From Deinococcus radiodurans R1 = ATCC 13939 = DSM 20539 (GTDB taxonomy: Bacteria > Deinococcota > Deinococci > Deinococcales > Deinococcaceae), in the NCBI RefSeq assembly GCF_000008565.1, contig NC_001264.1, positions 60,533 through 92,532 of the forward strand: 32,000 nucleotides of DNA, given 5' to 3'. This document shows positions 8,871 through 18,985 of this stretch, piece after piece (position 1 is the first letter of the stretch; every line of letters begins with the position of its first letter). Both the position numbers and the translations under genes were made by a program. Under the pieces are notes generated by a model, which was given only the letters and a program-made list of their open reading frames with translations, made no database searches and had not been told where the DNA came from.

Positions 8871-10325
8871 CTATCTCAACGCCGCCTCTACCGCCGCCTG
8901 AGCGTCGAGCACCTTCAGGCCGTCCACCTGCCGGGCACTTGCCAGCAGCCGGGCGCGGACCTGGGCGGCGCTGAGGCTGGGGTTGGCGCCCCACATCAGC
9001 GAGACCACGCCGCTGACGAGGGGGGCCGCCTCGCTCGTTCCGGCCCGCAGCGCGTAGCCGTTTTGCTCGGTGGTGTTCAGGGTCAGCAGGTCGTCGGGCC
9101 CCGACACCAGGCAACCGGCAGCGCTGCTGGTCACGCTGGCGCTGGTGCCCGCGTTGCCGCCCGGCGCGACGATATCGAGTTGCCGTGACCCGCTCGCGGC
9201 GCCGGGGCGAGCGCTGTAGCAGGCGAGGCGGTCCTCGCGGCCCAGCGCCCCCACGGCAATCACGTCGGGGTGACTCGCCGGAAAGTAGATGCCGTCGTTG
9301 CTGGTGTTGCCCGCCGCCGCGACCAGCACCGCCTGCCGCGCCGCCGCCGTAATCGCCTGATTGAGCGCCGGATCGCTGAGCTTGCCCGGAATGCCGAGGC
9401 TCATGTTGATGACCCGCGCCCCCTGCGCCGCCGCGTAGTTCAGCCCGCCGATGAGCGAGACGGTGGAGGCGCCGTCCTCGCCGAGCACCTTGACCGGCAG
9501 CAGAGTGCCGTGCCACAGCAGCCCGCTCAGGCCCAGGCCGTTGTCTGTAGTCGCCCCGATCAGCCCCGCGCTGCTGGTGCCGTGCCCGCGTCCCTGCGAA
9601 CTGTTCGCCGACACTTCCGGCGCGCCCACCGCGAAGCCGCCCTGGTTGTCGAAGGTGCAGCCCATCAGCAGCCGCCCCGTCAGGTCGAGGTGATTCTTGT
9701 CGGCCCCGGTGTCGAGCACCGCCGTCAGCACGCCGTTTTTGGAGCGGCCCGCCGCGTCGAGCGCCTGCCACGCCTCGTCCGCGCCGATGCGGGTCAGGTA
9801 GGACTGAACGTAGGTGCGGTCACCCACCCTCACGCCCCGGTTGCCGGGAAAGCCGGGGTCACTCGCGGCCAGTGAGGAGTAGCGGTAATTGGGCTGGGTG
9901 CGGAGCCCCGCGCCGCTCAGCCGCCCGGCAAAGGTGGCGTCCCTTTCCCCCGCCGGGGTGCGGGCCAGCAACAAGCCTTGGCCGACCTCCAGTGTGGAGA
10001 CGCCACTCAGCGCCGACACCGCCTGCGCCCTGAGGTTGCGGCCCGTAAACACCAGCACTTCGCCGGGCACGTGGGGCGCCTCCCAATTGACAGCCGCCCC
10101 ATCGTTCGCCGTTTCCCCTGCACCGCCTATCCCTGCCGCCGTGAAGTACAGGGCACTCGCCGGGCGACACGTTGCCGCGTCAGGCGCAGGCGTCGCCGAA
10201 CCGCCTGTGCCCGCCGGAGGCGTCTGGGGAGACTGAGAGCCGTTGGCTCCGCAGCCCGTGAGGGCCAGGCCGGCCAGCAGCGAAAGGGAAAGCAGACGCA
10301 CGATCTTCACATTCTCCTCATACAC
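8871..10325 (-). CDS. S8 (subtilisin) family serine peptidase, lipoprotein
   Basis: The catalytic triad contexts are AVLDTGAD, GHGTSSAG and GTSEAAPLVSG. The lipobox is LALTGC. Confidence 0.85.
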   Translation of the reverse strand: MYEENVKIVRLLSLSLLAGLALTGCGANGSQSPQTPPAGTGGSATPAPDAATCRPASALYFTAAGIGGAGETANDGAAVNWEAPHVPGEVLVFTGRNLRAQAVSALSGVSTLEVGQGLLLARTPAGERDATFAGRLSGAGLRTQPNYRYSSLAASDPGFPGNRGVRVGDRTYVQSYLTRIGADEAWQALDAAGRSKNGVLTAVLDTGADKNHLDLTGRLLMGCTFDNQGGFAVGAPEVSANSSQGRGHGTSSAGLIGATTDNGLGLSGLLWHGTLLPVKVLGEDGASTVSLIGGLNYAAAQGARVINMSLGIPGKLSDPALNQAITAAARQAVLVAAAGNTSNDGIYFPASHPDVIAVGALGREDRLACYSARPGAASGSRQLDIVAPGGNAGTSASVTSSAAGCLVSGPDDLLTLNTTEQNGYALRAGTSEAAPLVSGVVSLMWGANPSLSAAQVRARLLASARQVDGLKVLDAQAAVEAALR

Positions 10326-10552
10326 CGCCGCGCTGAGGGGGGCATGAGGCGCATTCTCGGTAAACCTACCCCTAAAGCGAAAAAAACAGTGCCTGGCGCG
10401 GAACTATCCCTTTTCTGACTGCTCGGGTCCTGGGGAAACGGCGTTTTGACGGCGAATTTTGAGGCCCTGGCCTTAATGAAGGCGTCCCAGAGGGGCTCTA
10501 TCCCCCTTTGCCCCCCTTCACAGCCGCAAAGAGATATGTCATGCTGCTCACC

Positions 10553-10921
10553 ATGACGAAAAAGTCTACCAAGGCCCCTGCCAAAAAGGCTGCTCCCGCC
10601 GCCAAAGCCGCCCCTGCCGCCAAGCGCGGCGCTGCCGCCGACAGCGGCAAGGTCGCCAAGACCCAGCTGGTCGAAATGGTGGCTGACCAGACCGGCCTGA
10701 CCAAGAAGCAGAGCGAAGAAGCCATCAGCTCCATGCTCGAGTGCGTGGTCAGCGCTCTGCAAAGCGGCAAGAGCGTCGGCCTGCCCGGCCTCGGCACCCT
10801 CTCGGTCAAGGAAACCGCCGCCCGCACCGGCGTGCGCCCCGGCACCAGCGAAAAGATCCAGATTCCCGCCGGCAAGAAGGTCGCATTCAAGGTCGCCAGC
10901 ACCCTCAAGGGCAACCTGTAA
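10553..10921 (+). CDS. hup: HU family DNA-binding protein with Lys/Ala/Pro-rich N-terminal extension
   Basis: [25 protein letters not shown] is followed by a canonical HU fold sequence (KTQLVEMVA...[38 protein letters not shown]). I chose the ATG at 10553, which gives 122 aa, over the upstream ORF-track start at 10508. Confidence 0.9.
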
Positions 10922-10940
10922 GCGGGTTCGTCCCTGACCG

Positions 10941-10969
10941 CTCCCTCCGGTGACGGGGGGAGTTTTTTT
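10941..10969 (+). terminator. rho-independent terminator after hup
   Basis: Stem CTCCCTCCG pairs with CGGGGGGAG (one G-U pair) around the loop GTGA, followed by TTTTTTT. Confidence 0.65.
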
Positions 10970-10987
10970 GGCTTTCTCGGTGGGGAG

Positions 10988-12109
10988 TTAGCGGGCCAGC
11001 CGCTCCCCGCCGACGTACACTTCCTGAACTTCCAAGTCGTCATTGAGCACCACCAGGTCGGCGCGCTTGCCCACCCGCAGTTCGCCCCGGTCCTCCAGCC
11101 CCAGCGAGCGGGCGGGGGCGAGGCTGAGCATCCGGCTCGCTTCAGGCAGGGGAACGCCCACTGACACAGCATTTTTCAGGGCCACGTCCATCGTCAGGAC
11201 GCTACCGGCCAGACTGCCGTTGGCCAGCGCTGCACGCCCCCCGGTGACGGTGACGGGCTGCCCGCCGAGTTCGCTCTCGCCGTCGCCTTGCCCGGCAGCG
11301 CGCATGGCGTCGGTGATGAGCAGGATGCGCTCCGAGGCCGCCGCGCGCGCGAGCAGGAAGCTCAGCGGGTGCAGGTGAAAGCCGTCGAGGATCATCTCGG
11401 CGAAGGCGTGCGGGTCGGCCAGCAGCGCCCCCGGCACCCCCGGTTCGCGGCCCTGAATGCCGCCCATCGCGTTGAAGAGGTGGGTGCCCGCCGTGCGCCC
11501 GCCCGCCGCGTGAACCGCCTGCAAGCACGCGCGCACGGTGTCCGCGTCCGCTGCCGTGTGCCCAATGCCCACGCGCACGCCGGCCTGCGCGAAGGTGAGT
11601 GCGGCGGCCAGGCCGCCCTCCACTTCGGGTGCCAGCGTGACGGCGCTCACCACGTCCAGCGCGAGCACTTCGGCCACCCGCTCAGGCGTCGGCGCCAGCG
11701 TGCAGGGTGGCTGGGCCCCAAGGCGCTGGGGGCTGATGAACGGCCCTTCGAGGTGCGCTCCGGGCACGTCGGCGCCGCCGGGCACGCCACCCGCGTCCAT
11801 CACCTCGCGCACGCCGCGCAGGGCCGCAAGCACCTTGTCCCAGGGATTGGTCATCGTGGTGGGCAGCAGGGTCGTCGTCCCATGCCGGGCGTGCAGCCGC
11901 GCCAGGGTGCGGACGCCCTCCGCGCCGTCCATCGCGTCGCCGCCGCCCCCGCCGTGGAGGTGGGTGTCCACGAAACCGGGGAGGATGAGTGGGCCGTTTA
12001 TCGGCCCCTCCTCCAGTGCCGTGATGTGGGTGCCGAAGTGCAGGGTGCCGGACACGAAAGAGCCGCCCGGCAACAGCAGGCGGCCACTCAGAGAAGAGGG
12101 GGAGGTCAT
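10988..12109 (-). CDS. nagA: N-acetylglucosamine-6-phosphate deacetylase
   Basis: The metal-binding motif GFVDTHLHGGGGGD and overall amidohydrolase features are present. The start was moved to the ATG at 12109 (MTSPSS...), which is preceded by GGGAGG. The 58-codon upstream extension in the ORF track overlaps scoB and looks spurious. Confidence 0.85.
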   Translation of the reverse strand: MTSPSSLSGRLLLPGGSFVSGTLHFGTHITALEEGPINGPLILPGFVDTHLHGGGGGDAMDGAEGVRTLARLHARHGTTTLLPTTMTNPWDKVLAALRGVREVMDAGGVPGGADVPGAHLEGPFISPQRLGAQPPCTLAPTPERVAEVLALDVVSAVTLAPEVEGGLAAALTFAQAGVRVGIGHTAADADTVRACLQAVHAAGGRTAGTHLFNAMGGIQGREPGVPGALLADPHAFAEMILDGFHLHPLSFLLARAAASERILLITDAMRAAGQGDGESELGGQPVTVTGGRAALANGSLAGSVLTMDVALKNAVSVGVPLPEASRMLSLAPARSLGLEDRGELRVGKRADLVVLNDDLEVQEVYVGGERLAR

Positions 12110-12123
12110 ACCTCCCAGTGTAA

Positions 12124-12753
12124 TTACTCGTGGATGTCGGCCCCAGTTTTCTGGCGCAGTTCGTCGAGGGTCACGCCCGGCGCGAGTTCGACTAGCTTCA
12201 GGCCCTGCGGCGTCACATCCAGCACCCCGAGGTCGGTGATGATACGGTCCACCACCCCCTGCCCCGTCAGCGGCAGGGTGCATTCACGCAAAATCTTATG
12301 TGCGTCCCCCTTCGCCACGTGCTCCATCAGCACCACCACCCGCTGCACCCCAGCCACCAGGTCCATCGCCCCGCCCATCCCCTTGACCATCTTGCCGGGA
12401 ATCATCCAGTTCGCGAGGTCGCCCGTCTCACTCACCTGCATCGCCCCCAGAATGGCGAGGTTGACGTGTCCGCCGCGAATCATCGCAAACGAATCGGCAC
12501 TCGAAAAAAAGCTTGCCCCCGGCAACGCCGTCACCGTCTGCTTCCCGGCATTGATGAGGTCGGGATCGACCTCATCCTCGGTCGGAAAAGGACCAATGCC
12601 GAGCAGTCCGTTTTCGGACTGCAACCACACGCTCATCCCCGCCGGGATGTGGTTGGCGACCAGCGTGGGCAAGCCGATGCCGAGGTTGACGTAGTACCCG
12701 TCTTGCAATTCCTGCGCGGCGCGGGCGGCCATCTCGTCTCTGGTCCAGGGCAT
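12124..12753 (-). CDS. scoB: 3-oxoacid CoA-transferase subunit B
   Basis: The N-terminus [30 protein letters not shown] and the SENG motif region (LQSENGLLG) are typical of subunit B. Confidence 0.9.
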   Translation of the reverse strand: MPWTRDEMAARAAQELQDGYYVNLGIGLPTLVANHIPAGMSVWLQSENGLLGIGPFPTEDEVDPDLINAGKQTVTALPGASFFSSADSFAMIRGGHVNLAILGAMQVSETGDLANWMIPGKMVKGMGGAMDLVAGVQRVVVLMEHVAKGDAHKILRECTLPLTGQGVVDRIITDLGVLDVTPQGLKLVELAPGVTLDELRQKTGADIHE

Positions 12754-13448
12754 TACTGCCTCACCGTCCTTTGTTCGATGCGTTTTTCAGGCGTGGCATT
12801 GACGACCACCCGCTGCACGAAGATGCCGGGGGTGTCGATGTGGTCAGGGTCGAGGTCACCGACCTCCACGATCTCTTCCACCTCGGCCACCGTGACTTTG
12901 CCGCAAGTTGCGGCCAGCGGATTGAAGTTCCGGGCGGTCTTGCGGTAGACGAGATTCCCGGCGCGGTCAGCCTTCCACGCCTTGACGAGCGCGAGGTCGG
13001 CGCGGATGCCGCGTTCCAGGATGTAGGTTTCGCCGTCGAAATCCTTGTGTTCCTTGCCCTCGGCGACGAGGGTGCCGACGCCCGTTTTGGTGTAGAAGCC
13101 GGGAATGCCGGCGCCGCCGGCGCGCATCCGCTCGGCGAGGGTGCCCTGGGGGGTGAACTCGAGTTCGAGTTCACCGGAAAGGTACTGCCGCTCGAACTCC
13201 TTGTTCTCGCCGACATAGCTCGAAATCATCTTGCGAATCTGACGGGTTTGCAGCAGTAGGCCCAGCCCCCAGCCGTCCACGCCCGCGTTGTTGCTGACGG
13301 CGGTCAGGTCTTTGGCGCCGCTGTCGCGCAGCGCGACGATGAGCTGCTCGGGAATGCCGCAGAGTCCGAAGCCCCCCACAGCGACGGTCTGCCCGTCGTG
13401 CACGATGTCCCTCAGCGCCTCAGCAGCACTTGGATATTCCTTATTCAT
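12753..13448 (-). CDS. scoA: 3-oxoacid CoA-transferase subunit A
   Basis: [17 protein letters not shown] and downstream conserved blocks are present. The stop overlaps the scoB start by 1 nt. Confidence 0.9.
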   Translation of the reverse strand: MNKEYPSAAEALRDIVHDGQTVAVGGFGLCGIPEQLIVALRDSGAKDLTAVSNNAGVDGWGLGLLLQTRQIRKMISSYVGENKEFERQYLSGELELEFTPQGTLAERMRAGGAGIPGFYTKTGVGTLVAEGKEHKDFDGETYILERGIRADLALVKAWKADRAGNLVYRKTARNFNPLAATCGKVTVAEVEEIVEVGDLDPDHIDTPGIFVQRVVVNATPEKRIEQRTVRQ

Positions 13449-13473
13449 GGTGGGAACAGTGTAACGCAGCTTG

Positions 13474-13489
13474 CCTAACGGGCGTTAGG
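13474..13489. promoter_or_regulatory. 7-2-7 perfect palindrome CCTAACG-GG-CGTTAGG in the divergent scoA / MBL intergenic region
   Basis: The arms are exact reverse complements. The site is 26 bp upstream of the scoA start and about 43 bp upstream of the MBL gene start. Confidence 0.3.
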
Positions 13490-13531
13490 TTGCTGGGCAG
13501 GTCGGTAAATTTTTTCCTTTAGCCCCATATC

Positions 13532-15031
13532 GTGGCAACTCCGCATCGTGGCATCCTCTACACTCTCGCCATGCAAATGCAGAGTTTCGGCGCGGCCTGT
13601 ACCGTCACTGGCAGCATGCACCTGCTCACGCTGGGTGGGCGGCACCTGCTGGTGGACTGCGGGCTGTTTCAGGGCGGCGACGAGCTGGAGCGGCGCAATC
13701 GCGAGAGCTTTCCCTTCGAGCCGGCGAGCCTCGACGCGGTGCTGCTGACCCACGCGCACCTCGACCACGTGGGCCGGTTGCCGCTGCTGGTGCGGCTCGG
13801 CTACCGGGGGCCGGTGTACTGCACGCCGCCCACCGCCGCGCTCGCCGAAACGGTGCTGCTCGACTCGGCGCGCTTGCAGGTGGAAGGCTACCGCCAGGAC
13901 CTGCGCCGCGCCCGCCGTCAGGGCCGCGAGGACGAAGTGCCCCCGCCGCTCTACGACGAGGAAGACGTGCACCGCACGCTGGCGCTGCTGCGGCCTCAGC
14001 TCGAATTTGGCGAAACCGTGACCGTGGCGGGGGTGCGCGTCACGCCGCAGCGGGCTGGGCACATCCTCGGCAGCGCTTACCTGCTGCTCGAAGCGCCCGA
14101 GGGCCGACTGCTGATGTCGGGCGACCTCGGCAACCGGGAAAGCGGGCTGCAACTCGACTTCACGCCGCCGCCGGCAGTGGACGCCGTGGTCATCGAAACG
14201 ACCTACGCCAACCGCACCCACCGGGGCTGGGTCGAAACCCGCGCCGAGTTTGCCCAGGCCCTGCGCGACAGCGTGCGCCAGAACGGTAAAATCCTGATTC
14301 CCAGCTTCGCCATCGAGCGGGCGCAGACCATTCTGCACACCCTCAAGGAAATGATGGATTCCGGTGAGGTGCCGCGCATTCCGGTTTTCCTCGACTCGCC
14401 GATGGCGGCGCGGGCGACCAACGAGTATTTCGAGTACGGCGACGAACTTATTCCCCCGGTGCGCGAGGCCCTGCGAAATGGTGAAGACCCCTTCCGCCCC
14501 AGCACGCTGCACACCGTGACCACCAGCGCCGAGTCGCAGCGCCTCAACCGCTACGACGGCCCGGCCATCATCATGGCGGGCAACGGAATGATGACCGGCG
14601 GGCGCATCCAGCACCACCTCAAGCATCACCTCTGGAAGCCCTCGACCAGCCTGATTATCGTGTCCTACCAGTCGCCGAGCAGCCTCGGCGGGCGCATCGT
14701 GGCGGGGCAGGGCACCGTGCACCTGATGGGCGAGGACGTGGCGGTGCGCGCGCAGGTCCACACCATCGGCGGCTTTTCCGCCCACGCCGACCAGGACGAC
14801 CTGCTTGCTTTCCTCGACACCGCCGGCAAGCCGCATGTGTGGCTGGTTCACGGCGAGGTGAACGTGATGGACGCCTTCTTGCCGCTGCTGGCGGAGCGCG
14901 GCCTCAAGGGCGACATCGTGCCCGACCGCTCCCCGGTGGACCTGCTCGGCGCGGGCTTCAGCAGCGGGCGCCCGCCGGGACTCGTCGTGCCGCCGCAAAA
15001 CGGGAAGGGGCAGGGGGAAGGCGGGGAGTAA
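13532..15031 (+). CDS. MBL-fold metallo-hydrolase of the beta-CASP (RNA-metabolising, RNase J/CPSF-like) type
   Basis: The HAHLDH motif, later GDLG and FSAHAD motifs, and the size all fit beta-CASP proteins. The start could be the GTG at 13532 or the ATG at 13571. Confidence 0.8.
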   Translation: MATPHRGILYTLAMQMQSFGAACTVTGSMHLLTLGGRHLLVDCGLFQGGDELERRNRESFPFEPASLDAVLLTHAHLDHVGRLPLLVRLGYRGPVYCTPPTAALAETVLLDSARLQVEGYRQDLRRARRQGREDEVPPPLYDEEDVHRTLALLRPQLEFGETVTVAGVRVTPQRAGHILGSAYLLLEAPEGRLLMSGDLGNRESGLQLDFTPPPAVDAVVIETTYANRTHRGWVETRAEFAQALRDSVRQNGKILIPSFAIERAQTILHTLKEMMDSGEVPRIPVFLDSPMAARATNEYFEYGDELIPPVREALRNGEDPFRPSTLHTVTTSAESQRLNRYDGPAIIMAGNGMMTGGRIQHHLKHHLWKPSTSLIIVSYQSPSSLGGRIVAGQGTVHLMGEDVAVRAQVHTIGGFSAHADQDDLLAFLDTAGKPHVWLVHGEVNVMDAFLPLLAERGLKGDIVPDRSPVDLLGAGFSSGRPPGLVVPPQNGKGQGEGGE

Positions 15032-15089
15032 CCGGCGGGTTTCAGTCTGCCCCATAGCCCACTGAAATGCTGCCCGGCAGACTGCGGGC

Positions 15090-15761
15090 ATGACTGAGCC
15101 CTCAGATTCTCTGACCGTCACCGACCTCGCCGCCGCCCGTGCCCTGCGCCAGCACGCCGGGTTCCTGGGCCTCTTTGCCGACCCGCGCTCGCCCACCCAG
15201 GCCGCGCGGGCGGTGGGCATGGCGCCCAACCTGGCGCACCACCACGCCCGGCAACTGGTCGGCTGCGGCCTGCTGTTCGAGCAGCGGCGCGAGGGAGGCC
15301 GGGTCTACTTCCAGCTTACGGCGCGCGAATTCCGGGTGCCGAGCGACCTGCTGCCTCCGGGCGAGGACGGCGGCAACGGTTCGGAGACGATGAGCAGCCT
15401 CAGCGCGGGCTTTCTGCGGGCCTATGAACGGTCCTGGGCGGCGATGCACGCGGGCGAGGAGGACGTGTTCACCTTCGGCACCCCCGAACGGCCCGCGCCG
15501 CTGGCCCTTACCCCGCCGGCCCAGGAGCCGGACGAGCCCTATCCCACCCACGCCGACGTGCTGACCTTGCGCCTCTCGCCTGAGCGTTACCGGCAACTCG
15601 CTGCCGACCTCAGCCGCCTGCTGACGGAGGCCGCTGCCGAGGGCGTCCGCGAGCAGGGGCAGGTCTGCACGCTGGCGGTGCTGGCCTTCGCGGAGCCGGG
15701 GGAGGCCGGGGTGCGGGGCATCACGCGCAATACCGATTCGTTTCTGGATGCGAGTCAGTAA
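15090..15761 (+). CDS. winged-helix (ArsR-like N-terminus) protein of unknown function
   Basis: The segment PTQAARAVGMAPNLAHHHARQLVGCGLLFEQRREGGRVYFQLT resembles an ArsR-type wHTH. I do not recognise the C-terminal half. Confidence 0.5.
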   Translation: MTEPSDSLTVTDLAAARALRQHAGFLGLFADPRSPTQAARAVGMAPNLAHHHARQLVGCGLLFEQRREGGRVYFQLTAREFRVPSDLLPPGEDGGNGSETMSSLSAGFLRAYERSWAAMHAGEEDVFTFGTPERPAPLALTPPAQEPDEPYPTHADVLTLRLSPERYRQLAADLSRLLTEAAAEGVREQGQVCTLAVLAFAEPGEAGVRGITRNTDSFLDASQ

Positions 15762-15771
15762 GGTCTCGTCC

Positions 15772-16149
15772 CTACTCGCGGGCGTGGTCCAGGGCGCTGC
15801 GAATCAGAGTGGTGACGTGCTCGTCGGCGAGGCGGTAGTACACTACCCGGCCCTCCTTGCGAAACGCCACCAGCCGTCCGGTCCGCAGTAGCCGGAGTTG
15901 ATGGCTCACGGCACTTTCGCTCAGGCCCACCACCGCCGCGAGGTCGCACACGCACAGCTCGGTGCGGCTCAGCGCGCTCAGGAGGTTGAGCCGCGTGGGG
16001 TCGCCCAGCAGCTTGAGGAAGGTTGTCGCGGCGGCAGTGTGCGCCTCGCCGGGAAGCGCCGCCCGCGCCTGGGCCACCGCTTCCGGGTGAACACAGTTGA
16101 TCTCGCAGACGTCGGTCGCCTCGGTGGGCTTTGAGTCCAGAACCGTCAC
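15772..16149 (-). CDS. cadC: ArsR/SmtB family metalloregulator, CadC-like
   Basis: An N-terminal Cys pair [11 protein letters not shown] and the alpha3 site ELCVCDL precede [25 protein letters not shown]. This closely mirrors my recollection of the pI258 CadC layout. Confidence 0.85.
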   Translation of the reverse strand: MTVLDSKPTEATDVCEINCVHPEAVAQARAALPGEAHTAAATTFLKLLGDPTRLNLLSALSRTELCVCDLAAVVGLSESAVSHQLRLLRTGRLVAFRKEGRVVYYRLADEHVTTLIRSALDHARE

Positions 16150-16413
16150 TGCGTTCCTTGCCTTTCCAGTGCGGCCAGCAACCGGGGCCGCTGCTCGTCG
16201 AAGGGCCCGTAGAACACCTGCTCGCCGATGATGGTCACGGGGGCAATCCGCACGCCGTCCGCCCGGCGCTGCATCTCGGCGAGGGCCGCTGGGTCGCCGC
16301 GCACGTTTCTGACGGTGGGGGTCAGACCCCGGCGCCGCAGGAGGGCTTGCACGGCCTCGCAGTCGGGGCAGTCGGGCACGGTGTAGACGGTGATGTCGGG
16401 GGCGGGGGAGCGT

Positions 16414-16421
<8 letters not shown>
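16146..16421 (-). CDS. glutaredoxin-like (NrdH-type) small redox protein
   Basis: 91 aa with [15 protein letters not shown] (a CPDC active site) and a thioredoxin-fold length. It overlaps both neighbours, by 8 nt and 4 nt. Confidence 0.7.
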
Positions 16422-18600
<2,179 letters not shown>

Positions 18601-18606
18601 GACTCA

Positions 18607-18634
18607 GTATATCTGAAGACCTGCTCAGATATAC
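18607..18634. promoter_or_regulatory. 10-8-10 perfect inverted repeat, candidate CadC/ArsR operator at the cadA promoter
   Basis: GTATATCTGA (18607-18616) and TCAGATATAC (18625-18634) are exact reverse complements. The repeat begins 7 nt upstream of the cadA ATG and contains a TATACT -10-like hexamer on the cadA strand. Confidence 0.5.
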
Positions 18635-18729
18635 AAACTTGGCAGAGTGAGGTGCTGGCTGATATGAATTTCGGTTGAATCGCGTAGTTTGGCGATTTAA
18701 TCCGAGCGGAGTGTGATGTTCTCTGATAC

Positions 18730-18765
18730 CTGTCACTCCCTGAAAGGTGCTAGATGTCAACGGAA
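18730..18765 (+). repeat. left-end module copy 1 (candidate transposase end-binding site)
   Basis: CTGTCACTCCCTGAAAGGTGCTAGATGTCAACGGAA shares ordered blocks (CTGT..CACT, CCCT, G.AAAG, TGTCAACG.AA) with copy 2 at 18880-18922. Confidence 0.4.
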
Positions 18766-18794
18766 CAACCGGAACCAAGCTCAACACAGTGGAA

Positions 18795-18830
18795 CCCTCA
18801 GCGAACGAATGCGTCTCTGAGGGGCTTTTC
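18795..18830 (+). terminator. terminator-like hairpin (orphan, + strand)
   Basis: CCCTCAG (18795-18801) pairs with CTGAGGG (18817-18823) across a 15-nt loop, followed by GCTTTTCT. No annotated + strand gene lies upstream. Confidence 0.3.
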
Positions 18831-18879
18831 TGATTCCGGGTGTTCCGGGTTCTGGCCTGAGTCCTGAAATCTGCCGGTT

Positions 18880-18922
18880 CTGTTTCACTGACCCTCCTGT
18901 AAAGAATTACGTGTCAACGAAA
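18880..18922 (+). repeat. left-end module copy 2 (candidate transposase end-binding site)
   Basis: CTGTTTCACTGACCCTCCTGTAAAGAATTACGTGTCAACGAAA is in direct orientation relative to copy 1, about 150 bp away. Confidence 0.4.
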
Positions 18923-18944
18923 AAGCCCCCGCACTGGCAGGGGC
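18920..18944 (-). terminator. weak rho-independent terminator after the repressor gene
   Basis: On the minus strand, GCCCC-loop(10)-GGGGC is followed by TTTTTCG. It lies about 20 nt downstream of the alternative-frame stop at 18963. Confidence 0.4.
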
Positions 18945-18985
18945 AGGGACTGGGGCAGAGGCTCAGGCGGTGGTGAGGTTGCCGA

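Noticed and set aside
12110-12283. N-terminal 58-codon extension of nagA, and similarly 10508-10552 for hup and 19956-20012 for the transposase.
   Set aside because: The extensions are Arg/Gly/Pro-rich. They either overlap the upstream gene or lack an SD, whereas the internal starts have well-spaced GGAGG-type sites and give protein lengths typical of the families.
13475-15229. 584-aa minus-strand ORF antisense to the beta-CASP hydrolase gene. Similar long antisense ORFs occur at 321-1469, 3936-5117, 5298-6548, 7516-8550, 7800-9188, 8641-9771, 11288-12694, 17215-18678 and 20382-22040.
   Set aside because: These are typical shadow ORFs of a GC-rich genome. Their products are Arg/Gly/Ala/Pro-rich and low in complexity, they carry no recognisable motifs, and each lies opposite a gene with clear family signatures.
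18754-18867. 37-codon + strand ORF (MSTEQPEPSSTQWNPQRTNASLRGFSDSGCSGFWPES) in the left-end region.
   Set aside because: It has a plausible SD, but it spans a terminator-like hairpin, has low third-position GC for this genome, and its product has no recognisable features. It is kept only as a remark inside the structural finding.
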